A stretch of DNA of 55,890 bases, taken from Octopus bimaculoides. Lineage: Eukaryota. Below the pieces are notes generated by a model. That model was not told where the DNA came from. It made no database searches and saw only the letters and a list, made by a program, of their open reading frames with translations. Positions 27,053-40,907 of this stretch are shown here, piece after piece (positions within the stretch are counted from its first letter, which is position 1; each line of letters starts with the position of its first letter). The DNA is taken from contig NC_069001.1 in NCBI RefSeq assembly GCF_001194135.2, positions 32,098,319-32,154,208 on the forward strand, written 5' to 3'. The translations under genes and the position numbers were made by a program.

Positions 27053-27053
27053 T

Positions 27054-27084
<31 letters not shown>

Positions 27085-27160
27085 GTAGACAGGTAGGGAG
27101 ATAGGTAGATAGATAGGTAAATAAATAGGTAGATAGATAAATAGATAGATAGATAGATAG
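27053..27160. repeat. (TAGA/TAGG)n tetranucleotide tract
   Basis: Read directly. Confidence 0.95.
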
Positions 27161-27277
27161 ATATTTGTGTGTGTGTGTATATTTAAATATATATTTGCAT
27201 TTATATGTGTATGTGTGAGTATGCATACACATATATCGTTTAATGTCTTATTTATATACATATGTATTCTATGTATA

Positions 27278-27338
<61 letters not shown>

Positions 27339-27471
27339 TTTAAAATATATATATTTGTATTTTATTTGTGTATATGTGTGTGTGCATATATATATATAAA
27401 TACATGTATTTGTGCTTGTGTATATTTAAATATATAGTTGTATTTATATGCATGTGTGTGTATCTATCTAT

Positions 27472-27524
<53 letters not shown>

Positions 27525-27715
27525 NNNNNNNNNNNNNNNNNNNNNNNNNNNNNNNNNNNNNNNNNNNNNNNNNNNNNNNNNNNNNNNNNNNNNNNNNNNN
27601 NNNNNNNNNNNNNNNNNNNNNNNNNNNNNNNNNNNNNNNNNNNNNNNNNNNNNNNNNNNNNNNNNNNNNNNNNNNNNNNNNNNNNNNNNNNNNATATGTA
27701 TATATGGGTGGGTGG

Positions 27716-27761
<46 letters not shown>

Positions 27762-27796
27762 ACGTTTATATATATGTATATATGTATGTGTGTGTG

Positions 27797-27831
<35 letters not shown>

Positions 27832-28172
27832 TACACATACTCACACAGAAACATATGTATGCATAAAAACAACAGAACAATACTCAATACATGTTAGTAC
27901 AGTTTATTTACTCATTCAAGAATGAAGATTCACTCTGCTGTAACTCAGATTTTCATCATCTTCTTGCTTCACAGATCACAGGGAAGAGAAACTGAATAAC
28001 GATGGAATAAATTGCTCTGGAACAAGTACACACACACACATGTATACAAGTGTCTATGTTATATGCACCCTAAAATACCCTGAGTACATTAGTTCCACTG
28101 CAAGGCTAAATATGTTTCTGGCATTTTGTTGCATTAAAACATCAATTAAAGCTATGCTTTCACAAACTGGAA

Positions 28173-28254
<82 letters not shown>

Positions 28255-28760
28255 ACACATACAACTGGGATGCATTTGCGGGTATACATATAAGTCCATA
28301 CATGTTATGTGAGTTTGTGTACATATTATGATGATGTTGATGATGATGGAGAAGAAGACAACATATTTACAACAGGCTTCGCTTGCAGTTTCTACCTACC
28401 AGACTTACTCGGGAGGTACTAACCAGTCTGGAGTTATAGCAGAGTGGCACCAAATCTGAAACTATGTGGTTGTGATCCAGGATATCCGAATATCTTGTAA
28501 GACTAAGGATCTGCACCTGTAAAGCTCTTCTCCAAGGGGCAAAACAGGCAAGATTTTAATGTTATACGGATAACACCAGCAGTTGCCTGAATGCATGCCA
28601 GTCCACCCTCGATATGCCCACTAAGGTCATTCAAGGGAGAGACAATGGTGAATATAGTTTAACATCAGTGTTCCTGCAAAAACATATACTGCAAGGCCTT
28701 CTGTCCAAAATTCTCATGGCTCTGGCTTGTCCTGATGATTCTGCTAATTCCATGGCCCTC

Positions 28761-28985
28761 AATAATAATAATCTTTTCTACTATAGGCACAAAGTCAGAA
28801 ATTTGTGGGTAGGAGAAGAGTCATTTACATCAGTCCCGGTGCTCAACTGGTACTTTTTTTCTCAACCCCGAAAGGATGAAAGGCAAAGTCAACCTTGGTG
28901 GAATTTGAACTCAGAACATAAAGACAAATGAAATGCTGTTAAGCTTCTGCTTCATGTGCTAACAGTTCTGCCAGCTCATTGCTTT
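28761..28985 (-). mobile_element. SINE family B, full length
   Basis: aataatcttttctactataggcacaa..aaggatgaaaggcaaagtcaacc..atttgaactcagaac..ttctgccagctc. Confidence 0.85.
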
Positions 28986-29136
28986 AAATAATAATAATGA
29001 CAACAACGATTACACAAGATGAATTATAATTTGAAGAAACACAAGTAAATACAATTTGAATTTTAAACAATTTACAAAATGAGGCATTAGTAAAAAAAAA
29101 AAAAAAAAAAAAAAATTGACCATTAGCAAAACTTAC

Positions 29137-29246
29137 CTTGGAGGATTGGGTCCACATAGTACAACAAGGCAATTTTTAAAAATGGACCCTCTGCTATACG
29201 GATTAAAATTATCTTGTCCTCTCTTGGATGAAAAGGAACCTTTTAT
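29137..29246 (-). CDS. ZDHHC14: ZDHHC exon: C-terminal PaCCT-like region
   Basis: ttcattaatag|ATA AAA GGT...CCT CCA AG|gtaagt encodes [36 protein letters not shown](S). 110 nt, phase 0 to phase 2. Confidence 0.96.
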
Positions 29247-29344
29247 CTATTAATGAAATATGTCAGTATGTATAAGTATGTGCCTGCGTGTGTGACTAGA
29301 TACTAAAGTTTAGATAATAACAGAAGGAGAACAAACATTATTAA

Positions 29345-29592
29345 CCCTTTTACTGCAGAAATCAGATATAACCACTTACATTTTCATTACCCTTAACTGC
29401 AAAAACAAGTTTTATATGGCATTCTATCTTTTGTTGAGGAATGTCATGTTTGAGATTATTTTTTGACCAAGACATGTCACGTTTATTGAGGCAATGTGAC
29501 TTGCGACTTGCAGAAATACCAAGTCTATATTTTGGTAGATATTCAACATTATTACTGGGATAACCATGAAAGTTAATTCTGCAGTTAAAGGG
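29345..29592. mobile_element. TTAA MITE family 3
   Basis: TTAA|CCCTTTTACTGCAGAA...TTCTGCAGTTAAAGGG|TGAA, a 16-bp TIR with one mismatch. Confidence 0.75.
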
Positions 29593-30090
29593 TGAACTTC
29601 TATTAATACTAACCCACTTGAAACTAGCCCTTCTAAAGGGTTAATATTTAAAATGAAATCTCACTCAACGTTTCATTACAATATGAATTAACATAAGATT
29701 TCAGTTGGTTAACACCTTGCATAGTATACTTAATAAAGTTACAGATATATCACATAAGCTAAGGTATAAACTTAAAGATATATCATACAATATACTATCA
29801 AACAAAGTTGCAGTTAGACATAGACAGTATATTACATTGTACCAACATATAAGACCCTCCAAAATATGATTGTATTGCAAGTTAATTGAAATACATATGC
29901 AATTAATAATATATTTTAATATTTCAGGAAACAGTTTAGTAAAACAATTCTATTTCAGAAAGAAGTTTAATAAAACAAATACATTTTGGGAAACAGTTTA
30001 GTATAATAAATGAATTTAAGGAAGAAGTTTGTGATAGCAAATATGTCATAAATAGTTTAGTAAAACAATGATTTCAGGGACCAATCTAAA

Positions 30091-30131
<41 letters not shown>

Positions 30132-30734
30132 TGTTAGCACATAGGTGCAAGACAAGGTGGAGAAAATAGTACTAGAATACCAAAAGTACAGTACAATAAT
30201 TATATATTGGAGCTGCAAAAACTTCACAAAACCAACCATCAGACAGGTCATATTTAAAAACAAAACTTGGTGAATCTTTACAGTTTCAATAAAGTTCATA
30301 TAATGTTACAGGAAGCACAGAAAGAAAAACTGATTTATGATAGAGGCATGAATCATCAGAATGAAGTGGAAAAGGTGGGAGAGATGAGACAGCTTGACAC
30401 TGTTATTTTATTCTCATCTTCAACAATGCAATGACTCTAACAGTGAGAATGGAAACTGTCTTAGAGAAGTGCTTTCATGTTGTTTGATAAGCACAAATGG
30501 CCACACCACAATAACACAAACATTCCACAGAACAAGTAGACAGATGTCATGCCAATGTTCCTGCTGACTTGAGGGGCTAGGGTAGATGATTAGACTAACT
30601 TAAGAATGCTGTTGATGCTCATTTTGCCAACAAGGTCCAGCCTACATCCAAAAGAATGAGACTTTCTTTTCACAGCCAGTTTATGTCTATTTTACCATGC
30701 ATAAGTTGGACACTTTGACAGGAACCTGTGAGGA

Positions 30735-30848
30735 CCAGAAGACTGTGCTGAATCCAATGTTTGTTTGCGCATGTTTCTACAACTGGGTGCCCTTTCTAAT
30801 GCCAACCTCTTTACAGAATGTAATGGGTGCTTTTACATAGCACTGGCA
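30735..30848 (-). mobile_element. Degenerate family D fragment
   Basis: gtttctacaactgggtgccctttctaatgccaac resembles the reverse of the family D core. Confidence 0.6.
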
Positions 30849-31009
30849 CAAAAATATGCACAGTAAAGCAACTAAAAAAGGTCCTTAAAATTGTCCATGC
30901 CATCTTCATCAAGCTGTTAGCCTGAGTCCATTGTAATACCAACGATTTAGAACAGAGAAATAAGTTACAGACTTTAAGGGGAGATCTAGTCAACCATATC
31001 AATCACCAT

Positions 31010-31510
31010 TAATTTGACTGGGACTTATTATTGATAGAACAGGACTGAGAGGTAAAGCTGAACCAAGTAGGATTTGAACTTAGAGCAAGTTGCAAGTCAC
31101 TAAATACTGTACGCCATTTTTTTAGCACACTATCAATTGTGCTATCAATAATAATCCTTTCTACTATAAGCACAAGGCCTGAAATTTAGGGGGAGGGGGC
31201 TAGTCGATTACATTGATTTCAGTGTGTAACTGGTACTTATTTCATTGACTCCAAAATGCTGTAAGACACACTCAACCTTGGAGGAATTTGAACTTAGAAT
31301 GTAAGGACAGACGAAATGCCATTAAGCATTTTGGCCGGTGTGTTAACGATTCTGCCAACTTGCCACCTATCAATAATAATAATAATTCTAATTTTTGGCA
31401 GAAAGCCAAAAATTTTGCAGGTAGGCAAAAGTTGAATTACTATGACCCCAGGGCTCAATTGGTGCTTATTTCATCAACCCTAGAAGGATGAACAGCAAAA
31501 TCAACCTCAT
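31010..31510 (-). mobile_element. Stack of three SINE family B copies
   Basis: Same motifs; copies at about 31010-31146, 31150-31370 and 31385-31510. Confidence 0.8.
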
Positions 31511-31753
31511 ATATATATATATATATAAAGGGAAATGGGGTATATTAAGTTTACCAACATTTACTTATGAGAAAAAATATTTAAGACAAGTCAATGGATA
31601 ACAAATAAATAAAAATATCCAATTTTTTATAATCTAAAAAGGTTAAGTCTTCAAATTGCATCAATGTCTTTCTCTTGTTTGAAAATGAAATTATTTTTTC
31701 CCTTTTTCTTTCTTTGTATTCTCTCTATTAAGAACAATTTGGTTTATACTTAC

Positions 31754-31856
31754 GTCTTCATTTGTGGTCTGTTCCGAGGCTGCCAGATATGTATGGAAGC
31801 CCGCAAGACCAACAACAGACCACACAGAAAAGAAACAAATTACAGCTTCCACCATA
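31754..31856 (-). CDS. ZDHHC14: ZDHHC exon: TM4 and TTxE motif
   Basis: tccttgacttggtcctac|T ATG GTG GAA...GAA GAC|gtaagt encodes (S)[34 protein letters not shown]. 103 nt, with an AC acceptor. Confidence 0.96.
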
Positions 31857-31874
31857 GTAGGACCAAGTCAAGGA
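31857..31874 (-). promoter_or_regulatory. U12 branch site TCCTTGAC (31874-31867) and AC 3' splice site
   Basis: The + strand reads gtcaagga. The branch A (31868) is 12 nt from the intron end, there is no polypyrimidine tract, and the intron ends in AC. Confidence 0.93.
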
Positions 31875-32527
31875 GCATTCACAATACAATAGCAGAAACA
31901 ACACACATAGACATTCATAGACTAAGCACAGATTTTTTGTTTGTTTGTTTGTTTGTTTTTTGTGTGTAAAAAGAAAATACTGCGTACAATAGTCTCAAAA
32001 TAAGTTCCAAAAAATTACTTTAAAAAGCTTTACAATAGAAAAATAATGAGAATATAAGCTTGACTGTCTGTACAGTACAGACAGATAGAGACAGGGAAAG
32101 CTTTGACAACTTTTAAAGCAAACTTTTACTTTCTTTACAAAAGCACATAAAAGATAGGTATAATAGCCGCACTGAAAATATATCAGTACATTACTGGTAT
32201 TGATTTTACTGAGCCCATCTCTCACTCTGCTCCCAAAATTGATAAATTTGAAATTAGTATGTAGAGAGATACAACTGAATACCGTTAAAATTTTCATTAC
32301 CATATTTCAGTTGAAATACACTGGCTTTGTTTCAATTAATTTTGAAAATAATGAAGAGTTTATTAAGATAACTAGGTCATTATTAAAGAGTTTGGAACAT
32401 AGGTTAACATGAAATTCATACGGGAGGCCTTAAATATAGATCACTTCAAAACAGGAAGTTTCTATCAAAGAACCTTTCATTACAGTATTTCTGTTGGAAA
32501 GAGTCACAAGAAATACCACAAATAATA

Positions 32528-32567
<40 letters not shown>

Positions 32568-32570
<3 letters not shown>

Positions 32571-32775
32571 CAAACTTATGGAACAAGGCCAGTAATATCA
32601 AAGGAGGGTGAGTCAATTACATTGACTCAATTGCTCAACTGGTACTTACTTCATCAGCCCAAAAAGGATGAAAGGCAAAGTTAACTTTGGTAAGATTTGA
32701 ACCCAGGATATAAAGAGCCAAAAGAAATGCCACTAAGCATTTTATCAATCACAATAATGATTCTGCCAGCTCACA
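32568..32775 (-). mobile_element. SINE family B, full length
   Basis: Same motifs, next to a (GAT)n tract. Confidence 0.85.
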
Positions 32776-33786
32776 GAATCAATAATAATGATAATGTTTT
32801 TTGTAAGAAAATCTATAACTAATAAATGAAGAATTGATATTCTCCACAAAACTAATGGCAAAATGGTAAAAAAAACAAACAAAAAGAAATCCTCCCTGTG
32901 TACCCCCCCCCCAAAAAGAAACTCTAAATCTATCAGCAGCCTTAACAGACTTCTAATGTCATTTATAGGCATTGAATGGGGCTGTTCAGGGGGTAGTTAT
33001 CAAAGACAAATGTTTCAGGCTTTATTTGTTTATGTGTTTTTTCCCTTCTCCATAAAATGACATTGGGGAATGAATTTTCAACAAATAATGGTTGAAAAAA
33101 AATAAAAACCGAGCAGGTATGTATCCATTTGTAATGGATGGTTGGATGGTTGGTAGGGAAATGTGAAATTCGTTCTGATATTTGGCAATGGGTCGATGAA
33201 CAGAAAAATATATATATTTATTGTATTTAACAGAAACAACAAGAACAGCAACGGCAAACAACAGTAAGAGCAACAATAACAGCAACAACAGCTACGGTAA
33301 CAACAAGAACAGAATTTATGTACGGTTGCCATATTTGGTAGAAAAAAGTATGTGGGTGGGAACATGCTTGTTTGGGTACAGGTTTTGCAATATACAATTG
33401 AAAGTGGAATTGAAGAAAAGAAAATTAAATAAAAATAAAAATTAAATTCAATTAAATTAACAGAATAAATTATTTCAGAGTGGTAATAAGAATTTTTGTC
33501 AATTTCAATATCACAGTTGAATTTTTTTTTTNNNNNNNNNNNNNNNNNNNNNNNNNNNNNNNNNNNNNNNNNNNNNNNNNNNNNNNNNNNNNNNNNNNNN
33601 NNNNNNNNNNNNNNNNNNNNNNNNNNNNNNNNNNNNNNNNNNNNNNNNNNNNNNNNNNNNNNNNNNNNNNNNNNNNNNNNNNNNNNNNNNNNNNNNNNNN
33701 NNNNNNNNNNNNNNNNNNNNNNNNNNNNNNNNNNNNNNNNNNNNNNNNNNNNNNNNNNNNNNNNNNNNNNNNNNNNNNNNNNNNNN

Positions 33787-33822
<36 letters not shown>

Positions 33823-33984
33823 ATTTTAATAATGAGCAGAAAAAGAAGAAAAAAAATGATAGTTAATATTCTTATCTAGAATTTGTGGAGCATCTCAGAG
33901 TAACATTAATCTGAGAGAGAGATAAATAAATAAATAAAAATCAGCTCCTGGCAAATTCCTTCAGATATGTTTTGATTCCTGGTT

Positions 33985-34420
33985 GTCACTTCAAAGGCGG
34001 CAAATTAGCAGATTTGTTAGAGTGCTGGATAGACTCATCATTATCTTCATCAATTCCTAGATATTACTCTCTCAGCTCCTCAAGACTCACAGTGCCAGTT
34101 ACCCAGTTCCTATGGGGTAAAAGTGACCAAGACCACAATGTTCCCACTGAATGCAATGCCAGGTTGTCACAGAATTTACTTGTTTACACCTGTGTGGACT
34201 GGAGCAATGAGAAATGAAGTGTCTTGTCCAAGAACATAATGCACCACCTGGTCCAGGAATGTTAACCACAATCTTGCAGTCATGACTACAACAGCCTAAC
34301 CACCAGGCCACAGGATAAACTGCCTGGCAGTCTGACACACTATGCTCTTAGTTCAATTCTCGCTGAGGCCAACATTGTCTTTTACCCTTTCGGGATCAAG
34401 CAGAAAGTACCAGTCCAAAG
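33985..34420 (+). mobile_element. Plus-strand SINE family B interrupted by another SINE
   Basis: Head ggcggcaaattagcagatttgttagagtgctg at about 33985 and body aattctcgctgaggccaac..ccctttcgggatc..aagtaccagt at 34355-34412. Confidence 0.55.
34130..34315 (-). mobile_element. tRNA-headed SINE family C, 5' part
   Basis: The reverse reads gtggcctggtggttagg..gactgcaagattgtggtt..ttcctggacc..gttcttggacaagacacttcatttc..gctccagtccac. Confidence 0.65.
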
Positions 34421-34797
34421 ATGGTGGACTGACAGAAGTGCTAGAGCGTCAAATGAGATACCTTGTGGTATTTGTTCCTTCTGCTTACGTTCCGATAGCA
34501 GTATCTGTGATGACATTAATGCCAAGCCTCATTGGCCCTCGAGTGGCAGCCTCCGTCTTTGGCGGCATAGATATGGGTAGATAAAAAGTAAAGCTGATTT
34601 CTATGAGATCTGAACTCAAGAACAGAGAGAATCAGAATAAATACTGCATAGCATTTCGTAGGGAGAGTAAAGAAAGATAAAAACAAAAAACTTTGTAAAT
34701 GTGTGTCATTAATGTGTGGCATGGTTGGAGAGGATGTGTCAAAACTGAGCAGCCATTATTGCTGCAATTTTTTCTTTTTTTTAAACATGTAGTTTAA

Positions 34798-35009
34798 CCC
34801 TTTAGCATTTAAACCAGGTATATCCAGCCAAAATATTCTTCCTGTTTTATGCTCAAACTGGCCAAATTCAGCTTCTCACACCTACCACAACACACTGTTA
34901 TTCTAAACGTTGAAATCTCAAAGCTATGAGATAGACAATGCATGATTAACTCAAAACAATGTGGATAAATAAGCATTACATTTGACAGAATAATCAGAAT
35001 GCTAAAGGG
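34798..35009. mobile_element. TTAA-flanked MITE family 1 (piggyBac-like ends), intact copy
   Basis: TTAA|CCCTTTAGCATT...AATGCTAAAGGG|TTAA, 212 bp. Homologous copies lie at 1458 and 37245. Confidence 0.88.
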
Positions 35010-35700
35010 TTAAAGAACAAACAGCTAAGACGAATGGTTATGTCAATGATCAGAAACACACATTTTCAAGTTAACCTTGTGTTTTAGGAAATCCTTGGTG
35101 ACCCCTCACTATCAGAAGATTTTTTTTTTTGTTTTTTCTTTGCCCAGTCTGAAAGAACTGAGCAGATACAATGACTCTTGGCATAGTCATTACTGTAAAA
35201 TGCACCAAGGGTGATGCGATGTAGAGAGGAAAATGGGCTGGGAATGCCTGTTTGATGGATGTATAAAACCAGCCAGCTCCAAGTGGCGATAGAAAAGGCA
35301 GAGAAAGGAGATGGCACAGCTATGGGCCGGAGGCTGAAGAAGTGTGCCTGTTAGTGCTTGGAGGCCAAGCAACTAAGTGGCCCTGCTCTGGATGAAAAAC
35401 AAAATTTAAATAAATAAAAAAGGGTGAAACTCATGAGAGGAAATAATGATTTTCTCATTTGAAAAAATGGTACAAAAAATGGACCAAACGAAAAGTTTTA
35501 AAAAATAGTGGCAGGAAGAGAGGAACATAAGCTGTTTCAATATGAAATTTCAAATAAAGAATGTTGCAATAAGGAAAGGAAAAAGTAACCAAAAGCAGGA
35601 AAACGGACCAACAGACAAACATCATATGTAACTTCAATTTTAATTCATAATTAACCTGGAATTTTTATGCAGTTGGATAAAACTATTGTTACTGAACAGC

Positions 35701-35752
<52 letters not shown>

Positions 35753-37244
35753 ATGATGATGATTTAGAAAAGATCATGGGAAATGAAAGTGAAATGACAA
35801 TGCGATGAAGATTTAAATAGCAATGTTCACAAAGCAACAATAACAACAGACACATATGCAGTTAATATCGAGGTAGTAATATTTAGATGACCCTTGGCTC
35901 ATGCAAACAAAAGCCACAATAAGAAGAATATATTACNNNNNNNNNNNNNNNNNNNNNNNNNNNNNNNNNNNNNNNNNNNNNNNNNNNNNNNNNNNNNNNN
36001 NNNNNNNNNNNNNNNNNNNNNNNNNNNNNNNNNNNNNNNNNNNNNNNNNNNNNNNNNNNNNNNNNNNNNNNNNNNNNNNNNNNNNNNNNNNNNNNNNNNN
36101 NNNNNNNNNNNNNNNNNNNNNNNNNNNNNNNNNNNNNNNNNNNNNNNNNNNNNNNNNNNNNNNNNNNNNNNNNNNNNNNNNNNNNNNNNNNNNNNNNNNN
36201 NNNNNNNNNNNNNNNNNNNNNNNNNNNNNNNNNNNNNNNNNNNNNNNNNNNNNNNNNNNNNNNNNNNNNNNNNNNNNNNNNNNNNNNNNNNNNNNNNNNN
36301 NNNNNNNNNNNNNNNNNNNNNNNNNNNNNNNNNNNNNNNNNNNNNNNNNNNNNNNNNNNNNNNNNNNNNNNNNNNNNNNNNNNNNNNNNNNNNNNNNNNN
36401 NNNNNNNNNNNNNNNNNNNNNNNNNNNNNNNNNNNNNNNNNNNNNNNNNNNNNNNNNNNNNNNNNNNNNNNNNNNNNNNNNNNNNNNNNNNNNNNNNNNN
36501 NNNNNNNNNNNNNNNNNNNNNNNNNNNNNNNNNNNNNNNNNNNNNNNNNNNNNNNNNNNNNNNNNNNNNNNNNNNNNNNNNNNNNNNNNNNNNNNNNNNN
36601 NNNNNNNNNNNNNNNNNNNNNNNNNNNNNNNNNNNNNNNNNNNNNNNNNNNNNNNNNNNNNNNNNNNNNNNNNNNNNNNNNNNNNNNNNNNNNNNNNNNN
36701 NNNNNNNNNNNNNNNNNNNNNNNNNNNNNNNNNNNNNNNNNNNNNNNNNNNNNNNNNNNNNNNNNNNNNNNNNNNCTATATTATAATTTATTACCTAAAA
36801 TGGTTGGTATTTTTCTTAAAGTCCATGTAAAGACAGACAATATGAAGATAATTGACCAATGACCAGTACTTAATCGATGCATTTATAGTTATACTTTTGC
36901 AAATAATTCCTACTAAAATTAAATGGATTTTCCGGTAACGAATTTTATCATTCAGAGAGATTTTATGATGTTCCTCTTCTCTTTCGTTAATAAATCTTCA
37001 TCGTCGTTAAATGCAAATGGAGACAATTAATGGTTTGTCTATTTTTTCAATATTCGATACATCAAATTAGAGGACAGACATTTAAACAGTCGGCTACCAA
37101 ATCCAGAATACATCATCAACTAGGGTTACAGAAAACAAAATAACAATTTTATCTGATTTAGACAGACAGAAACACAGATACCCAGAGGGCACAAACATAG
37201 GAGGGGATGAATTTCCAAGTCAATACTTCCACTTCAATGTTTAA

Positions 37245-37463
37245 CAATTTAGCATTTAAACCGGCCATATCTGGCCCAAATATTCTACTTGTTTTATGTT
37301 CAAACTGGCCAGGTGCAGCCACTCACATCTACTCTACAAGTCATTCTAAAAATAACAATTATATTATTGAAATCTTGAAGCTAAAAAACAATGTGTGATT
37401 AATTCAAAACAATGTGAATAAATTAAGCATTACATTTGACAAAGACATCCAAATGTTAAAGGG
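37245..37463. mobile_element. TTAA MITE family 1 copy
   Basis: Colinear with 34798-35009; ends AAAGGG|TTAA. Confidence 0.85.
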
Positions 37464-37838
37464 TTAAATAAAAACTCTTCAATAGCCATCTGTATATCAT
37501 ATCTAATGTTTAAACAGCAACACAATTTCATGACTTTGATTGTATGGAGTTTATGATATTTATAATAATATTAACAAAACCGGAAATGAAATTTTTAAAA
37601 TGTGAACTTGAAGCAGCCATTTTTGCGCATGTCATCCATAAATGTTTTTAAATGAAGAAACAAAAAGAGAAGAGTTTTCTTCAAACTTTCATTTTGTATT
37701 TTAAAAAATATTCAGACAGTGGGTATTTAAAAAAAAAACCAAGGCTCAGTTTACCAACTGATGATTGGAAACAAGCAACTCTGAGTATTGGAAATCGGAG
37801 CCTTTCAGTTATAATGTATTAAAAAATATTCTACATAT

Positions 37839-38240
37839 AGGCACACGAATGGCTATGTGGTAAGAAGTTTGCTTCCCAATCATATGGTTCTGAGTTCAAT
37901 CCTACTGTGTGGCACATTGGGCAAATGCCTTCTACTACAGCCTCGAGCCAACTGAAGCCTTGTGAGTGGATTTAGTAGTCACAAATTGAAAGAAGCCTGT
38001 TGTGCATGCGTGTGTGTTTGTGTGTGTTTTTGTGCCTGTGTTTGTCCCATCACTGCTTGACATGCGTTGTTAGTGTGTTTATGTCTCCATAACTTAGTGG
38101 TTCAGCAAAAGAGACCCACAGAATAAGTACAAGGATTAAAAAAATCAAAATAAGTCCTGGGGTCAATTTTTTTGACTAAAACCCTTAAAAGCAGTGCTTC
38201 AGCATGGCTGCAGTAAAATGACTTAAACAAGAGAATAAAA
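37839..38240 (+). mobile_element. tRNA-headed SINE family A, full length
   Basis: A box TGGCTATGTGG, B box GAGTTCAATCC, CORE-like TTGGGCAA.., internal (TG)n, and a 3' CAGCATGGCTGCAG..ATGACT.AAACAAG. Possibly an OR-type octopus SINE (inference). Confidence 0.85.
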
Positions 38241-38303
38241 AAGTCCTGTAATTTATCACTTCTGGTGATCAAAAGAGATTCATTTATACATACATACATA
38301 TAC

Positions 38304-38336
<33 letters not shown>

Positions 38337-39357
38337 CATGCACACACACCATCTTTTCATAGACATGTCATGTTATAAGCACAATATACATTGAAGCAAG
38401 GCGAACATCACCCCAGCAGTGATTCATGAGAATGTCAAGATGCACTTTGACTTTCTTCAGCCATGACAATAACATGTAAATGCTTGACATGTGTCAGAAT
38501 GAAATTCGTCCCTCTAATACATAAGCAACAGCAAAAACTCTTAAGAGTTCTTATACAAAAATGAAAAAAAATGAGACTGCTTTTTCCATTCCTCTGTAAT
38601 AAAAACAGAGCCAGAAAGAGAGAGAAAATGAGTGAGCTGAGGGAGAGAGAGAAAACAAACAAATTTAACATTAACAATTAACAATCCAACAATTTTTTTA
38701 ACCTTAGTTATACAATTCACTGTTAAATACAATTGTTCTTAAATTTAATGCAAAAGTATTTATAATAAATTTATAATAAATGGAGCAACCATGCTGTAGT
38801 GAGAAAAAGGATGGCTTTTTTATTATTAAACACATTATCTAAAATTATTTTCCACAGAGTTGTAAAATTCTGGCATTTCACCCATTTTCTGCCATCTGCA
38901 ACAAATACTAAACATTTGTTTTGGCTCTTACAAATGATGCACCAATCGTAATTTAAATGCACATTTCTAAATCAAATATTTAATAAATCTAAGAAGCGAA
39001 ATGAAGACAGTGGCAGAGAAGGGAAGAAAAATAGTTGGACGCAGTTTGGGGGAAGTGGAAGAAAGAACCTTTTGCTGGCTCAGGAACAAGTGGGAGGAAG
39101 AAATGAGCAAGAAAGTAGATGATGCACAAGAAAACTGGCCATTACTGCCAACCCACCAACTAGAGGATGTTGTGGTTTAAGGTCAAAACATTGTTGGACA
39201 TCACCTAATGATCTCTTTTGCTGGATAAAACTACCTATGAGACCGAAATTGCTAGCATCTCAAAGTATGTATTTAAACAGTTGTAAAGGAGATGTGTCTA
39301 GCTTTGCCCTGAAACAATTTGGAAGAAATGTAGTTCCTCTAAAACAATTAAGAACAA

Positions 39358-39678
39358 TTTGAGCGAGATCGTTGCCATTCGAGCGAGATCATTGCCAGTG
39401 CTGCCGAACTGGCTCCTGTGCAGGTGGCACGTAAAATACACCATTTGAACGTGGCCGTTGCCAGTACCGCCTGACTGGCCTTCGTGCCAGTGGCACGTAA
39501 AAGCACCTACTACACTCTCGGAGTGGTTGGCGTTAGGAAGGGCATCCAGCTGTAGAAACTCTGCCAAATCAGATTGGAGCCTGGTGCAGCCATCTGGTTT
39601 CACCAGTCCTCAGTCAAATCGTCCAACCCATGCCAGCATGGAAAGCGGACGTTAAACGATGATGACGATGATGATGAT
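39358..39678 (+). mobile_element. RTE-tail retroelement (family D), young copy with a (GAT)n tail
   Basis: GAGTGGTTGGCGTTAGGAAGGGCATCCAGCTGTAGAAAC..CCAACCCATGCCAGCATGG..(GAT)n. CpG-rich; homologous to 17675 and 55474. Confidence 0.85.
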
Positions 39679-40870
39679 AACAGTTTCAATCTAGTTGAGT
39701 TTCATTAGTGTCAGTGGGGTTAAGATCTCATCTTTTGCCCTCAGTCAGAATATCTGCAGTGATAAAGGTGAGGCAACTAATGTTACTTTCTTTAAACCTG
39801 TTTAGAGAGGAAGACATGTGGCATTTCACAGGATTACGTTCTTCACTGTTAATGCTGTTAGGTAAAGAATGAAAGCCACAACTCATGTCTTTCTGTATGT
39901 GACATCCTTAATACTGTTGAAAATTGTCCATTCGACCAAGGTAGCAGAATCCTAGATTATGACAACTTTTTTTTTTTAGCAGAAAATATTGAGCTTTGTG
40001 GTGATTAAAAACGAAACTAAGAAAAGAAAAAACCTTTGCTGTTACCACTACCATCACCACTGTGACTATTACAAAAATCATTTTGTTAATTAAATATGAA
40101 TTTATATCTTATAGACATATCTTGCATTTTGATGATGTCTTTCCCATTAATTATTCTGGTTGCTGCATTAATGTCCAAGACTTAATTACAGGTAAAACCT
40201 AACACCTGATATATCGTAATTACTACTTTTTAATTGCTAGAAAAAAAAAAGAAGAAAAACACTGCAGGTGATTTCCTCTTATTCACACACACACGTGAAG
40301 TCCAACATGTTCTTAATTTGAGTGTAATCTGATGGAAATTTAGCTGTTATTTCTAGCTTGTTGGCTTAGATTAACCTTCCTTGTCATTGTTGTTTAACCC
40401 AGATCAGACCTGATCAAACAGACCTGTGTTGAAAGATATTCCAGGGGTAACTGTCCCATATATTTTAACATTAAGAATTTAATAAACTCTTCAATATACC
40501 CTTCAAGATAGTTGAGGATGATTTGAGGAAGATTGTGGCTACTGTTTCTATCAGATCAAACAACTCTGTAGAAGCTCCCTTATTGAATACTGAGGACAGC
40601 CAGCATGCACTGACTGAGTTTTATTTGTTAGACAGTGATATAACAAATATCAACTCCATCTGTCTGTTTGTCCATCTGTCTCTTTTTTCTTACAGTCTAT
40701 TCCATTCCTGCAGAGAAGTGCAAAGAAGTAGTGTGAGGTACAATTTGCACAGGGAGAATGTAACAGGTGGTGAGATAGTGCTAGCAGAGTTTCAGTTACA
40801 GAGACAGATATATTTACACTAGCATCATTGTAATAAGGACAGCCAAAGTTAAGAGATAACTAAAGTCTAC

Positions 40871-40907
<37 letters not shown>

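Noticed and set aside
31664-31969. 101-aa plus-strand ORF
   Set aside because: It is the antisense shadow of the ZDHHC TTxE exon.
37839-37920. tRNA gene
   Set aside because: A and B boxes are present, but there is no cloverleaf and the sequence continues into a SINE body found many times in the window.
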